Positions 23,838 to 32,951 of a DNA stretch of 64,000 nt are shown piece by piece (position 1 is the stretch's first letter; each line of letters opens with the position of its first letter). This stretch comes from Escherichia phage vB_EcoM_LNA4. The translations under genes were made by a program, and so were the position numbers. Below the pieces are notes generated by a model. It was not told the DNA's origin. It saw only the letters and a list, made by a program, of their open reading frames with translations, and searched no databases. The stretch lies in the sequence record MZ311864.1, one strand, 5' to 3'.

Positions 23838-25262
23838 ATGCTTCATATCTACCCAAAAGAAGACTTCCAACGTGAATTCAACATCCTCAAAAGCCTGATC
23901 CCGAAAGGTGTGTATGAGATCCTTAAGCGCCTCGATGCTCGTGTTGCAGGTGGTACGCTGACATCACTTTTCTCTAACCGGGAAGTGAATGACCTTGATC
24001 TCTATTTCCCATCCTGGGAGAATCTTGAGGTTTTTCTGGCATACATGACTGATCGTGGACTCTTGGTTGGGGACAGCGATCTTACCCCAACTTCAAACAA
24101 CTGGGGCAACTCGAAGCGTTCATTCGTATACTTCCTTGAACTTGACAAGCCGGGTAGCCATAAAGACTACGTGAATGCCTTGGTATGCGAAAGAAAAGAA
24201 CGACCACCTACAGAGCTTTCAGCTAGCCAGCTTTCAAAGCTTTATTCTTTGCTTGAATCTCGTAATGGCAATGTTTTCAAGGCCATTCAAAAGGCCTCGG
24301 AAGATAACAACCCCGACACCATCTACAATCTGGGGATGACTGATAAGAGCGTCATGTTCACCAATCAATCCTCTCCCGTTATGCAGGTGATCGCATTTGA
24401 TGTTTTTGCTGATGCAGAGGCGATCTTTAACAAGTTCGATTTCACGATCAATATGGGCTGTTTTAGCTTTGCAAGCGAGAAATGGGAGTTTGATAGTCGC
24501 TTCCTGAAACACTTGGCTCAGAAAGTTCTGGTGATTAACCCAGGCACTGATTACCCCATTATCAGTATGCTACGCTCTGATAAGTATCGCGCCCGTGGCT
24601 ACACGATCTCTCGTCGAGAAACAATGAAGCTTGGTATTGCAGCGTCAGGACTTAAAATCGAGTCGTGGGAAGATGCCAAGGCACATTTGAGCGGGATGTA
24701 TGGTACAAACGTTGAAGACTTATTCAATGAAACAAGACCATTTTCATTTGATCTGTTATTTGATAAACTAGATTCAGCGGGGGATTATCTGATCGCCTCT
24801 ATCGCAACTGAATCCGAAAAAGGACAGTTCAGCAGATATCGTGGTCTGAAACCAGAGAACATCTTTACTATGTATCAACGGTTACGTATCAACACCGGGC
24901 GTCCACATTTCTCTAAGCTGTGGGGTGTCTGTCCGGCAGAGAACTTCTATTTGATGCAGGCCAACAATCCGCAACAGGCCGTTGGTCTTCTTGAGACAAA
25001 ACCTGCTGATAAACTCCTCAAGTACATGAACGTTTATATTGATGAGAAAGAGGCGTATGACGTTTACAAATCGTGGGGAGAGAAAGGAAAGACAGGGAGA
25101 TGGGGCGACAGATTATCAAAACCGGGGGCTGTGCTTCTGGAGGTCACTGTCCTTGACCCAACGAAAATCGCCTATGACGATGCACAGATTGACATTTTAG
25201 ATGATGAAGAAACGCTTCTGAAAATAGAGCGGCTTATTGAATCTAACGGGGATATTTCATGA
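23838..25262 (+). CDS. Pol-beta-superfamily nucleotidyltransferase (function unknown; candidate tRNA nucleotidyltransferase-like)
   Basis: Track ORF trimmed to ATG 23838 (AAGGAG Shine-Dalgarno); AGG-x12-DLDLY matches the hG[GS]...DhD nucleotidyltransferase signature; stop overlaps the i-spanin ATG. Confidence 0.35.
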   Translation: MLHIYPKEDFQREFNILKSLIPKGVYEILKRLDARVAGGTLTSLFSNREVNDLDLYFPSWENLEVFLAYMTDRGLLVGDSDLTPTSNNWGNSKRSFVYFLELDKPGSHKDYVNALVCERKERPPTELSASQLSKLYSLLESRNGNVFKAIQKASEDNNPDTIYNLGMTDKSVMFTNQSSPVMQVIAFDVFADAEAIFNKFDFTINMGCFSFASEKWEFDSRFLKHLAQKVLVINPGTDYPIISMLRSDKYRARGYTISRRETMKLGIAASGLKIESWEDAKAHLSGMYGTNVEDLFNETRPFSFDLLFDKLDSAGDYLIASIATESEKGQFSRYRGLKPENIFTMYQRLRINTGRPHFSKLWGVCPAENFYLMQANNPQQAVGLLETKPADKLLKYMNVYIDEKEAYDVYKSWGEKGKTGRWGDRLSKPGAVLLEVTVLDPTKIAYDDAQIDILDDEETLLKIERLIESNGDIS

Positions 25263-25663
25263 CAGACATATTGAACATGGTGATTTCCTTTATCAGGAAT
25301 AATACCAAACTGGTAGTTGCAGCATTCTTAGCCATTGCCCTGTTGTCCGGGGCAGTTTACACTAAACACTGGTACAACGACCAGATTACAGCATCTTATA
25401 ATCGTGGTGTGAAGGATACCGATGATAAGTGGGTCGCTAAACAACAAGAGAACAAGAATGCTAACCATGACTACAAAGACAATCAGCAGAAAGCTTCTGA
25501 TGAGTTGAGTAAACAACTTGAAGAAGAGAGGGCGAAGAATGCGAAGTTGCAGTCAGAGCTTGACAAGAAACAGGTCGCCTATCAGAACTCCGATAATGGG
25601 AAGAAGAAGGGTCTGGACAATGACTTTGTGGACATCTACAACGAGAGCCTGGGGTTGAAATGA
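25259..25663 (+). CDS. i-spanin (Rz-like)
   Basis: N-terminal transmembrane helix then a charged coiled-coil periplasmic domain; ATGA overlap with the next gene. Confidence 0.5.
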   Translation: MTDILNMVISFIRNNTKLVVAAFLAIALLSGAVYTKHWYNDQITASYNRGVKDTDDKWVAKQQENKNANHDYKDNQQKASDELSKQLEEERAKNAKLQSELDKKQVAYQNSDNGKKKGLDNDFVDIYNESLGLK

Positions 25664-25950
25664 GAAAGACAATCATAGCCGTATTGGTCGCTACAGCGCT
25701 TGTTAGCGGGTGCAGAAATCCTCCTGAAGTCGTACCTGTTGTGCAAAAGTTTAACCCGGCAGAGGTGCTAGCGAAGCCCCCTGCTGGGGCAATGGTTGAC
25801 CCTGTTGAACCAACACCACTCCCTTATGGTGCAGACAACTCGGTAAACAGTGCGATCATGAAGAAGAATAACATTGACGGAGCCAATGACCGTAGCAAAC
25901 TACGCATACTCCAGCAATATATCCGAAACATATTTGATCCTAAAAAGTAA
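25660..25950 (+). CDS. o-spanin lipoprotein (Rz1-like)
   Basis: Signal peptide with lipobox LVSGC and a proline-rich mature region; 96 aa. Confidence 0.5.
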   Translation: MRKTIIAVLVATALVSGCRNPPEVVPVVQKFNPAEVLAKPPAGAMVDPVEPTPLPYGADNSVNSAIMKKNNIDGANDRSKLRILQQYIRNIFDPKK

Positions 25951-25958
25951 TTGACAAG

Positions 25959-25990
25959 GCCCTTATTTTATGATAAGGGCTTTATTTTTA
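25959..25990 (+). terminator. rho-independent terminator
   Basis: GCCCTTAT/ATAAGGGC 8-bp stem then TTTATTTTTA, right after the o-spanin stop. Confidence 0.5.
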
Positions 25991-26049
25991 TCAGGTTTCA
26001 TGGTAAACTACCTCCTATAGGCCAATTTAAGGCACAAAATGGAGGTCTT

Positions 26050-27549
26050 TTGAGTAAAACATTCGGACCTGCCAGCCCCAAGCAGAAAATGATCCTGGAA
26101 AACAACGCACAAATCCTGATCATTGGGGGTGCGGCGGGGTCAGGTAAATCTTACCTGCTTCAATTGATGCCTCTCAACATTATCGACGACCCAAGAACGA
26201 ACTGCATTATGTTCCGTAGAAACACCCCTCAGTTGAAGGGTGGTGGTGGTCTGTATGATACTGCACGAGGCATCTACACACAGCTTGCTCCTGAATGGAA
26301 GCCACGCTTCAGGGAGAAAGACCTTGAGGCAATTTTCCCTTCCGGTGCGAAAGTTAAGTGGTCCCACATGGAATATGAGAAAGATAAGTATTCTCACCAG
26401 GGTCTGCAATATACCTTTGTAGGGTTTGACGAAGGAACACAGTTTGAATGGTCTCAGATCGAATACCTTATGTCTCGTCTTCGTTCTGAATCCAAATACC
26501 CAAGCCGCATGGTTATCTCCTGTAACCCCGACCCAGACCACAAGATCAAAGAGTTGATCGAATGGTATCTTGATGATGATGGGTTCCCGATCCCTGAGCG
26601 TGACGGTGTTATCCGTTGGTTCATTCGCCGTGATGGTGAATTCATTTGGGGGGAAACTGCGGAGGAGTTGATCGAGAAATATTGGGACGGTGTGGATGTT
26701 CGTAAGAAGCCAAAGCCCCTGTCCTTCTCATTCATCAGTGCGACTATCTTTGATAACCCACCGATGCTTGACAATAACCCGGATTACCTTGCCTTCCTTG
26801 AAGGTCTCCCAGAGATCGAAAAGGCACAGCTACTCCACGGTAACTGGAAGGTTCGCCCTGAAGGTGCAAACTATTTCCAGCGATCCTATTTGAAAGAAGT
26901 TCCTTGCCTTCCTTTGGGTGTGACATCAGTCCGTCCTTATGACAAGGCAGGCACAGAGAGAACCTCTGGCAACAGATATCCCGACTTTACCGCATCTGTT
27001 AAGGTGAGTAAAGATAGTGACGGGTTCTACTACCTGTCTGGTGACTATTGCCCTGAATTCGTTGATGACGGAATGTATTCAACGCAAACACAAGGTCGTT
27101 TCTGTAAAAAAGCTGGTGAACGAGATGTTATCATTAAGAAGCAAGCCCACTTTGATGGTGATGACGTTGTTATCATTTTCAACGTTGACCCAGGTCAGGC
27201 TGGCATTAGTGAGTTCACAACAAGTTCCCGTGAGCTTCTTGCTGAAGGATTTATCGTAGAACGAGATCCTACACCGGGTAACAAATCAAAACTTACACGC
27301 TTCACTCCATTTGCAAAACTGGCCCAGTCTGGCATGGTGCGTATCGTAAGAGATAGCTTTGATGCTAAAACTTACGAAGCCCTTATGACCGAACTTGAGA
27401 AGTTTAATGGAGAGCGAAGTACAACAACCCGTAAGGATGACTGGGCTGACTGCGTGGCTTCAGGTATTAACTACCTTGAGAAGAACGAAGTCATCAGACC
27501 TGTTGTAATCCCGAAAATTGTTGCTCCGACCTTGTATAAAAGACTTTAA
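26050..27549 (+). CDS. terminase large subunit
   Basis: Walker A GGAAGSGKS and Walker B FVGFDEGTQF; start set at in-frame TTG 26050 after GGAGG (ATG 26089 is the alternative); the track start 25951 lies inside the terminator. Confidence 0.7.
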   Translation: MSKTFGPASPKQKMILENNAQILIIGGAAGSGKSYLLQLMPLNIIDDPRTNCIMFRRNTPQLKGGGGLYDTARGIYTQLAPEWKPRFREKDLEAIFPSGAKVKWSHMEYEKDKYSHQGLQYTFVGFDEGTQFEWSQIEYLMSRLRSESKYPSRMVISCNPDPDHKIKELIEWYLDDDGFPIPERDGVIRWFIRRDGEFIWGETAEELIEKYWDGVDVRKKPKPLSFSFISATIFDNPPMLDNNPDYLAFLEGLPEIEKAQLLHGNWKVRPEGANYFQRSYLKEVPCLPLGVTSVRPYDKAGTERTSGNRYPDFTASVKVSKDSDGFYYLSGDYCPEFVDDGMYSTQTQGRFCKKAGERDVIIKKQAHFDGDDVVIIFNVDPGQAGISEFTTSSRELLAEGFIVERDPTPGNKSKLTRFTPFAKLAQSGMVRIVRDSFDAKTYEALMTELEKFNGERSTTTRKDDWADCVASGINYLEKNEVIRPVVIPKIVAPTLYKRL

Positions 27550-27564
27550 CAGAGGGGATAACTC

Positions 27565-29115
27565 GTGTCAACAAGATTTGCACAACCAGGGGCGGTTGTA
27601 AAGGCAGGGAATGAAAACCTTGCTGTTAGCCGCCTCCGTACCGGGGAATTAGGCTCTGGTGCTCTCTCCCAGCTTCGTGCAGAGTCCGAAGTGATGAAGG
27701 TAGAAGAGCTACGCTGGCCTTGCTTCCTAGCTACCGTAGAGGCGATGAAACAGGATCATACTGTCTCCACGGCGCTTGATACGAAATACGTATTCGTAAC
27801 CAAAGCATTCAACGATTTTAAAATCCTGTTTAATCGTGATAGTAAAGCTTCCAAAGATGCCGCAGAGTTTGTAGAGTACGCCCTGAAGAACCTTGCTAAC
27901 CAGCAAACTCTTCGTGACGTTGCTCGTAGTGCAGCAACTTTCAACGAATATGGTTTCTCCATCTTTGAGAAAGTATACCGTACTGAATCTGCTCCGTCAA
28001 AGTATGCAGGCTACATCACAATTGATAAGATTGCTTTCCGTCCTCAGTCAAGTCTTTCACGTTACAAACCTTGGGTTTTTGACGATGATGGTCGCACACT
28101 GAAAGGAATCTACCAAAGCAAACTGGCTTTTGCTAATTTCCAGAACGGACTGACTCAAGTATCATCTGCCATGACCTTGGTGACAAACTTAACATCCAAT
28201 GCTGATGAAGTGTTTATCCCAATCAACAAATTGATGGTTATGAGCCTTGGTGGTACAGAATCTAACCCGGCGGGTGTTTCTCCTCTGGTTGGGTGTTATC
28301 GTGCTTTCCGTGAGAAGATTCTGATTGAGAACCTTGAGACCATTGGTGCTTCTAAAGACCTCGGTGGTATCATCGAACTTAAAATCCCTTCTCAGATCCT
28401 GAACAAAGCGGCAATGGACCCTAAATCCCCAGAAGCTGATATGGTTCAAGGATTAATGGCTGACGCTGCAAACGCACACGCAGGTGAGCAGGCTTACTTC
28501 ATCCTCCCTTCAGATATGAACGCTCAGGGTGGGGAACAGTACAAGATGGCCCTCAAAGGCATTGACGGTGCTGGTAAGCAGTATAGCACACAAGAATTGG
28601 TGAACTCACGTAAGAAGGCGATCCTTGACCGCTTTGGTGCTGGCTTCATTAACCTTGGTAACGATGGTCAGGGTTCCTACAACCTGTCAGAATCCAAGCA
28701 ATCTATCCACGGTCACTTCGTTCAACGCGATATCGACATCATTGTTGAAGCGTTCAACAAGAACCTGATCCCACAGCTTCTGGCACTGAATGACATTCGT
28801 CTTTCTGATGAAGACATGCCAAAACTGAAGCCAGGTCTGATTCAAGAAGTGGATATGGAAGGCTTCTCTAAATTTGTTCAGCGTATCGGTGCTGTTGGAT
28901 ATCTTCCTAAGACTCCTACAGTTATCAACAAGATCCTTGAGGTCGGTGGCTTCGATGAAGAAATCCCGGAGGACATGTCCACTGAAGAACTTATGAAGCT
29001 GCTCGGAGAGGATACTAGCCGCTCCGGTGATGGTATGGGTGCAGGCACATCCGGAAATGGAACAGCGAAAATCTCTTCGAAAAGAGACAATTCTACTTCC
29101 AATATGGATAATTAA
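27565..29115 (+). CDS. portal protein
   Basis: 516-aa ORF immediately downstream of the large terminase; GTG start with AGAGGGG Shine-Dalgarno; assigned by position and size. Confidence 0.5.
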   Translation: MSTRFAQPGAVVKAGNENLAVSRLRTGELGSGALSQLRAESEVMKVEELRWPCFLATVEAMKQDHTVSTALDTKYVFVTKAFNDFKILFNRDSKASKDAAEFVEYALKNLANQQTLRDVARSAATFNEYGFSIFEKVYRTESAPSKYAGYITIDKIAFRPQSSLSRYKPWVFDDDGRTLKGIYQSKLAFANFQNGLTQVSSAMTLVTNLTSNADEVFIPINKLMVMSLGGTESNPAGVSPLVGCYRAFREKILIENLETIGASKDLGGIIELKIPSQILNKAAMDPKSPEADMVQGLMADAANAHAGEQAYFILPSDMNAQGGEQYKMALKGIDGAGKQYSTQELVNSRKKAILDRFGAGFINLGNDGQGSYNLSESKQSIHGHFVQRDIDIIVEAFNKNLIPQLLALNDIRLSDEDMPKLKPGLIQEVDMEGFSKFVQRIGAVGYLPKTPTVINKILEVGGFDEEIPEDMSTEELMKLLGEDTSRSGDGMGAGTSGNGTAKISSKRDNSTSNMDN

Positions 29116-29181
29116 TTTCAACTTACTGAAATAGCTTGCAAAAGAAAATGAACGGTGTTAAAATAACTATCAACGGGGAAA

Positions 29182-29811
29182 ATGATGAAATACACAAGTA
29201 TTGCTGACCTTCCTGCATCGGTATCTGATCTGTCTCTCGTTCAGAAGAGCAAGGTACTGAATATTGCAAATGGCCTGATTGCTTCAGGCCAATCTCCTGA
29301 AGCCGCTATCGAGAAGGCTTCCAAAGACGTTCTAAACGTGAACGTTAAAACTGAAATCAACAAGTCAACCTCTGTTGTAAGCGTTCAGAAAGACGCTGGA
29401 GAGCAGATGATTTCCTACGAAGTCATTTACGAACCAGACGCCAAAGACGCTCACGGCGAATGGATGTCTGCTGAGACAATCGCTAAAGCAAAGCAGTCTT
29501 TTGATAAGGCACACGAAGCTGGCATTGTTAAAGAGAACCTCTTCCACATGGTTGAGACTGACTCTTTCACAATCGAGAAGACTTGGATTCAGGAAGAATT
29601 TGATGTGGTGGTTATCGGGACCGAGCAGGTAATTAAGGCTGGCACCTGGGTAGCTAAAGTTAAATATAACGACCCTGTTCTCTGGGACCTGAAAAAGTCT
29701 AACGTTGTTGGTGGTCTAAGCATTCAGTGCTCCGGCTCTATCGACAAAGAAACAGGTGAGATCACCAATGTTGATTTCGGTGTCGAATATGTTGAGGAAG
29801 ATGGCGAATGA
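29182..29811 (+). CDS. head morphogenesis protein (possible prohead protease)
   Basis: Position between portal and scaffold genes; no diagnostic motif seen. Confidence 0.3.
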   Translation: MMKYTSIADLPASVSDLSLVQKSKVLNIANGLIASGQSPEAAIEKASKDVLNVNVKTEINKSTSVVSVQKDAGEQMISYEVIYEPDAKDAHGEWMSAETIAKAKQSFDKAHEAGIVKENLFHMVETDSFTIEKTWIQEEFDVVVIGTEQVIKAGTWVAKVKYNDPVLWDLKKSNVVGGLSIQCSGSIDKETGEITNVDFGVEYVEEDGE

Positions 29812-30809
29812 CAATTGCTAAAGCCAAAGCCATTAAAGAGAAAGGTATCGCACTCTGCCACGAGAGTCAAGGATTTTCTGCAAACCTGAGACCAGTGTCA
29901 CTTCTGATGAAGTCTGACCTGAAGCCAGAACAGATTACCGAAGACGTTATCAAGGCATTGCAGCAAGTTACTGTCTCTATGAGCTTTGAAGAGTTCCTGC
30001 GTAGATTCTTCTATATGTGGAGTGATGACGCTGAACTGCTTACCAAGCTGTTAGGCTTTGAAACTGAACTTGAAAATGAAGCTGCTGAAAATCCTGACGA
30101 TGAGTGGGTCCAAGCTTGGAATGCACAACATCAGGAATGGCTTGAAGAACGTATGGAGTCAATCTCCATTGCGAAAGCTGCAAACAGCGGTGAGAAAATC
30201 GACCTTGTTAAACAGTACGAACTGCTGAAGCTTCAGCAACTGTTTGAGAAAGGCGTAAGCGAATTAGGCCTGACCTTCACAGAAGGTGAGTCCAAAGATC
30301 TCCAGGTAACTGGGGTCGTCAAAGAAGCAGGTACTGACCCTGTAATTGATACATCCAAAGAAAATAAGGAGACCTCAGTGTCCGATAATGTTACTGATGT
30401 AACCAAGTCTCAAGAATACCTTGACCTGGTTAAGCAACTGGAAGATGCCAAAGCGAAAGCTGCTGCTGCTGATGAAATTATCAAGGCTGCGGAGCAAGTA
30501 GAAAAGAATGCTGCTCTGGCTAAAGCGAAAGGTTTCACCTTTGCTGCTGAAGCTGACCACGCATCACTGGCCGATTTCATCATCGAAAAAGCTAATGCCC
30601 CGGTAGTAGCTCTTCTGGAAAAAGCTCAGGCTCGTATTAGCGAACTGGAAACAGAAGTTGAAACCGTGAAGAAAGAATTCAGCACTGCTGAACACGGATC
30701 TGGTGCTGAAGCGCCTGTTGATGACATCAACAAGTCTGCTGAAGACATTCTGAAAGCAAACATCGAGAAAGCGAAAGCTCGCGCTCGTGAAGCTGCACAA
30801 AACGCCTAA
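29808..30809 (+). CDS. scaffolding protein
   Basis: Acidic, Ala/Glu/Lys-rich coiled-coil protein immediately upstream of the decoration and capsid genes. Confidence 0.4.
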   Translation: MTIAKAKAIKEKGIALCHESQGFSANLRPVSLLMKSDLKPEQITEDVIKALQQVTVSMSFEEFLRRFFYMWSDDAELLTKLLGFETELENEAAENPDDEWVQAWNAQHQEWLEERMESISIAKAANSGEKIDLVKQYELLKLQQLFEKGVSELGLTFTEGESKDLQVTGVVKEAGTDPVIDTSKENKETSVSDNVTDVTKSQEYLDLVKQLEDAKAKAAAADEIIKAAEQVEKNAALAKAKGFTFAAEADHASLADFIIEKANAPVVALLEKAQARISELETEVETVKKEFSTAEHGSGAEAPVDDINKSAEDILKANIEKAKARAREAAQNA

Positions 30810-30829
30810 TATCGAGGAGATTTAAATAA

Positions 30830-31249
30830 ATGGCTAATCCAATCCAAGGGTACTACTCTGACATCGTTCTGGGTAAAGTGGACTCTTCTGACCAGGGCTA
30901 CAGCTTCCTGGAAATGGAAATCACCTACAGCGCTGGCCTGAAGGCTGGTATGATCGTTAAGGCAGACGGTACTCTGGCTGCAACTGGCGATGCTGCAAGT
31001 GCATTTGGTGTGATCACCGACCGTGACCTTGTTCCTGCGTATGACGCTCCGCGTCCTTTCGTAGTGGGACAGAAGTACAACTTCGTCGTGGCTGTTCGTG
31101 GTCTGACCCTGAACAAATTCAAACTGTTTTTCGCTGACGGTACTACTGCAATCAACGCTGCCGCTATCGCTGCTCTTGAGGCCAAAGGTCTGAAGATCAC
31201 TGATAAATATTACGACGGTTCCGTTGAGATCCCAGTAACGTCTATCTAA
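30830..31249 (+). CDS. head decoration protein
   Basis: 139-aa Gly/Ala-rich ORF directly upstream of the major capsid gene (lambda D-like position). Confidence 0.4.
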   Translation: MANPIQGYYSDIVLGKVDSSDQGYSFLEMEITYSAGLKAGMIVKADGTLAATGDAASAFGVITDRDLVPAYDAPRPFVVGQKYNFVVAVRGLTLNKFKLFFADGTTAINAAAIAALEAKGLKITDKYYDGSVEIPVTSI

Positions 31250-31270
31250 TCTACACCAAGGAGAATAACA

Positions 31271-32284
31271 ATGGCAGTAGTACGCACTAATGACTTCCAG
31301 ATCGTCGATCTCGGCGCTACTCTGGAAATCGTACCACGTCAGTACCGTCTGATCACCAACATGGACCTGTTCACAGCGTACCACGGTGTAACGACTGTCG
31401 CTCAGGTCGAACGTGTTGATGAAGTTGTAACTGACTTCCCGGCTCGTCGTCGTCAGGGTGAACGTAACTACGTTGGTACTGAAAAGGCCCAACTGAAAAA
31501 CTTCAACATTCCGTTCTTCCCACTGGATCGCCAGATCACAGCGGCAGACGTGCAGAACTTCCGTAAGTATTTTACTGCTGACGCTCCGAAGTCTGTAGAG
31601 GATGTTGTTGCTCGTGTGGTTAAACGCATCCGTATCTCTCATGAACAACTGAAAGAAAAAGCAATGCTTCAGGCGATCATGGGTAAATCCTGGGCACCAC
31701 AGGACCCAACTGCTCAGTACAACTACTTCACCGAGTGGGGTGTTACTCAGCACACAGCCAACATCGACTTCACCGATGTAGCAACCGATCCAACCGACAT
31801 CATCGAAGCTGACGCTCGTGCGTACATCATCGACAATGCTGGTGACAACGGTAACAACTACGGCATCGTAGTTCTGGCTTCTCGTAAGTGGTTCTCAGCG
31901 CTGATCGCTCACCCGCTGGTAATGAACGCTTACCAATACTACGCTTCTACCCAAGAGCCGCTTCGTCGTCGTCTTGGCCAGGGCCAAGAAAACGCCAACA
32001 ACCGTATGTTTGTTCACAAGAACGTAACTTACATCGAGGATATCTCCAACTACATCCCTGATGGTGAAGCTTACATTCTGCCGCAAGGAATCGACGACAT
32101 GTTCCAGATTCACTATGCACCAGCAGATGACGTTCGTGAAGCGAACACTCCTGCACAGGAACTGTACCTGTGGTACAAATCTTCTGCATACCTGCGTGAA
32201 GAAAAGGTTGAGTCCGAAACTTCCTTCCTGACTGTTAACACCCGTCCGGAACTGGTTGTTCGCTCTACTGGTACTTTCGCATAA
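31271..32284 (+). CDS. major capsid protein (lambda E-like)
   Basis: 337-aa ORF with strong Shine-Dalgarno, followed by a very strong terminator; resembles the lambda gpE family by eye. Confidence 0.7.
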   Translation: MAVVRTNDFQIVDLGATLEIVPRQYRLITNMDLFTAYHGVTTVAQVERVDEVVTDFPARRRQGERNYVGTEKAQLKNFNIPFFPLDRQITAADVQNFRKYFTADAPKSVEDVVARVVKRIRISHEQLKEKAMLQAIMGKSWAPQDPTAQYNYFTEWGVTQHTANIDFTDVATDPTDIIEADARAYIIDNAGDNGNNYGIVVLASRKWFSALIAHPLVMNAYQYYASTQEPLRRRLGQGQENANNRMFVHKNVTYIEDISNYIPDGEAYILPQGIDDMFQIHYAPADDVREANTPAQELYLWYKSSAYLREEKVESETSFLTVNTRPELVVRSTGTFA

Positions 32285-32309
32285 GATAGCGTAACTGCTA
32301 CCTCTAAGA

Positions 32310-32346
32310 GGGGGAGGTGATTATTCACCTCTCCCTTTTTCTTTTT
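32310..32346 (+). terminator. strong rho-independent terminator
   Basis: 10-bp stem GGGGGAGGTG/CACCTCTCCC, loop ATTATT, then TTTTTCTTTTT. Confidence 0.7.
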
Positions 32347-32417
32347 CGTCACCTTAATAATAGCCACTTCATCAATGGTGTCAAGTGGTTTTTACTAAGG
32401 TAACCAATGGAGATTTT

Positions 32418-32942
32418 ATGGCTAATCAAAACTATCGTATTTTCCCGAACAAAGTAGAACTGTTCAAATTCTTCGGCACTTATGCTCCGGAACTGAATGT
32501 TGGTGTTTCCTCACGTCTTCCTCTGAATGGATTTTGTGTTGGAAAAGAGCATAAGGCTTTCCGCAACTCTGTTGAGTTCTTCAAGGCACTAGCAGAGATC
32601 TCTGGCCTAGATGTAGATGCTGAACATTCAACGCTGCGTATGGGTACATACATCGTATTTTTCAACAGTGCTCTTCCAAACCCTAACCGTCGCGGTAAGG
32701 CAGTTGAGGCGACTGTGGCTCCGAAGGTTGATGCTCCGGTGGTTGAGGTTAAGTCTGCGAGTTATGAAGCAATCCTAACAGAAGCAGAAGCCCTCAATGA
32801 TGAATCTGACAAAAAAGGAAGCAAGGATAAACTTGCTGACCTGGCAGCAACCAAAGGCATCACCCTTGCGAAAAACAAATCTTTCGAAAACATGATGGCT
32901 GACTTCAAGGCTGCTCTTGAAGAACTAGAGCCTGCAAAATAA
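32418..32942 (+). CDS. hypothetical structural protein
   Basis: Track ORF trimmed to ATG 32418 with GGAG Shine-Dalgarno. Confidence 0.4.
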   Translation: MANQNYRIFPNKVELFKFFGTYAPELNVGVSSRLPLNGFCVGKEHKAFRNSVEFFKALAEISGLDVDAEHSTLRMGTYIVFFNSALPNPNRRGKAVEATVAPKVDAPVVEVKSASYEAILTEAEALNDESDKKGSKDKLADLAATKGITLAKNKSFENMMADFKAALEELEPAK

Positions 32943-32951
32943 GGGGTAAAA

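Noticed and set aside
25951-26049. Track start (TTG 25951) for the large terminase
   Set aside because: 25951-25990 forms the terminator hairpin that ends the spanin operon; a later in-frame TTG (26050, after GGAGG) or ATG (26089) is a more plausible start, with the Walker A motif about 25 residues downstream.
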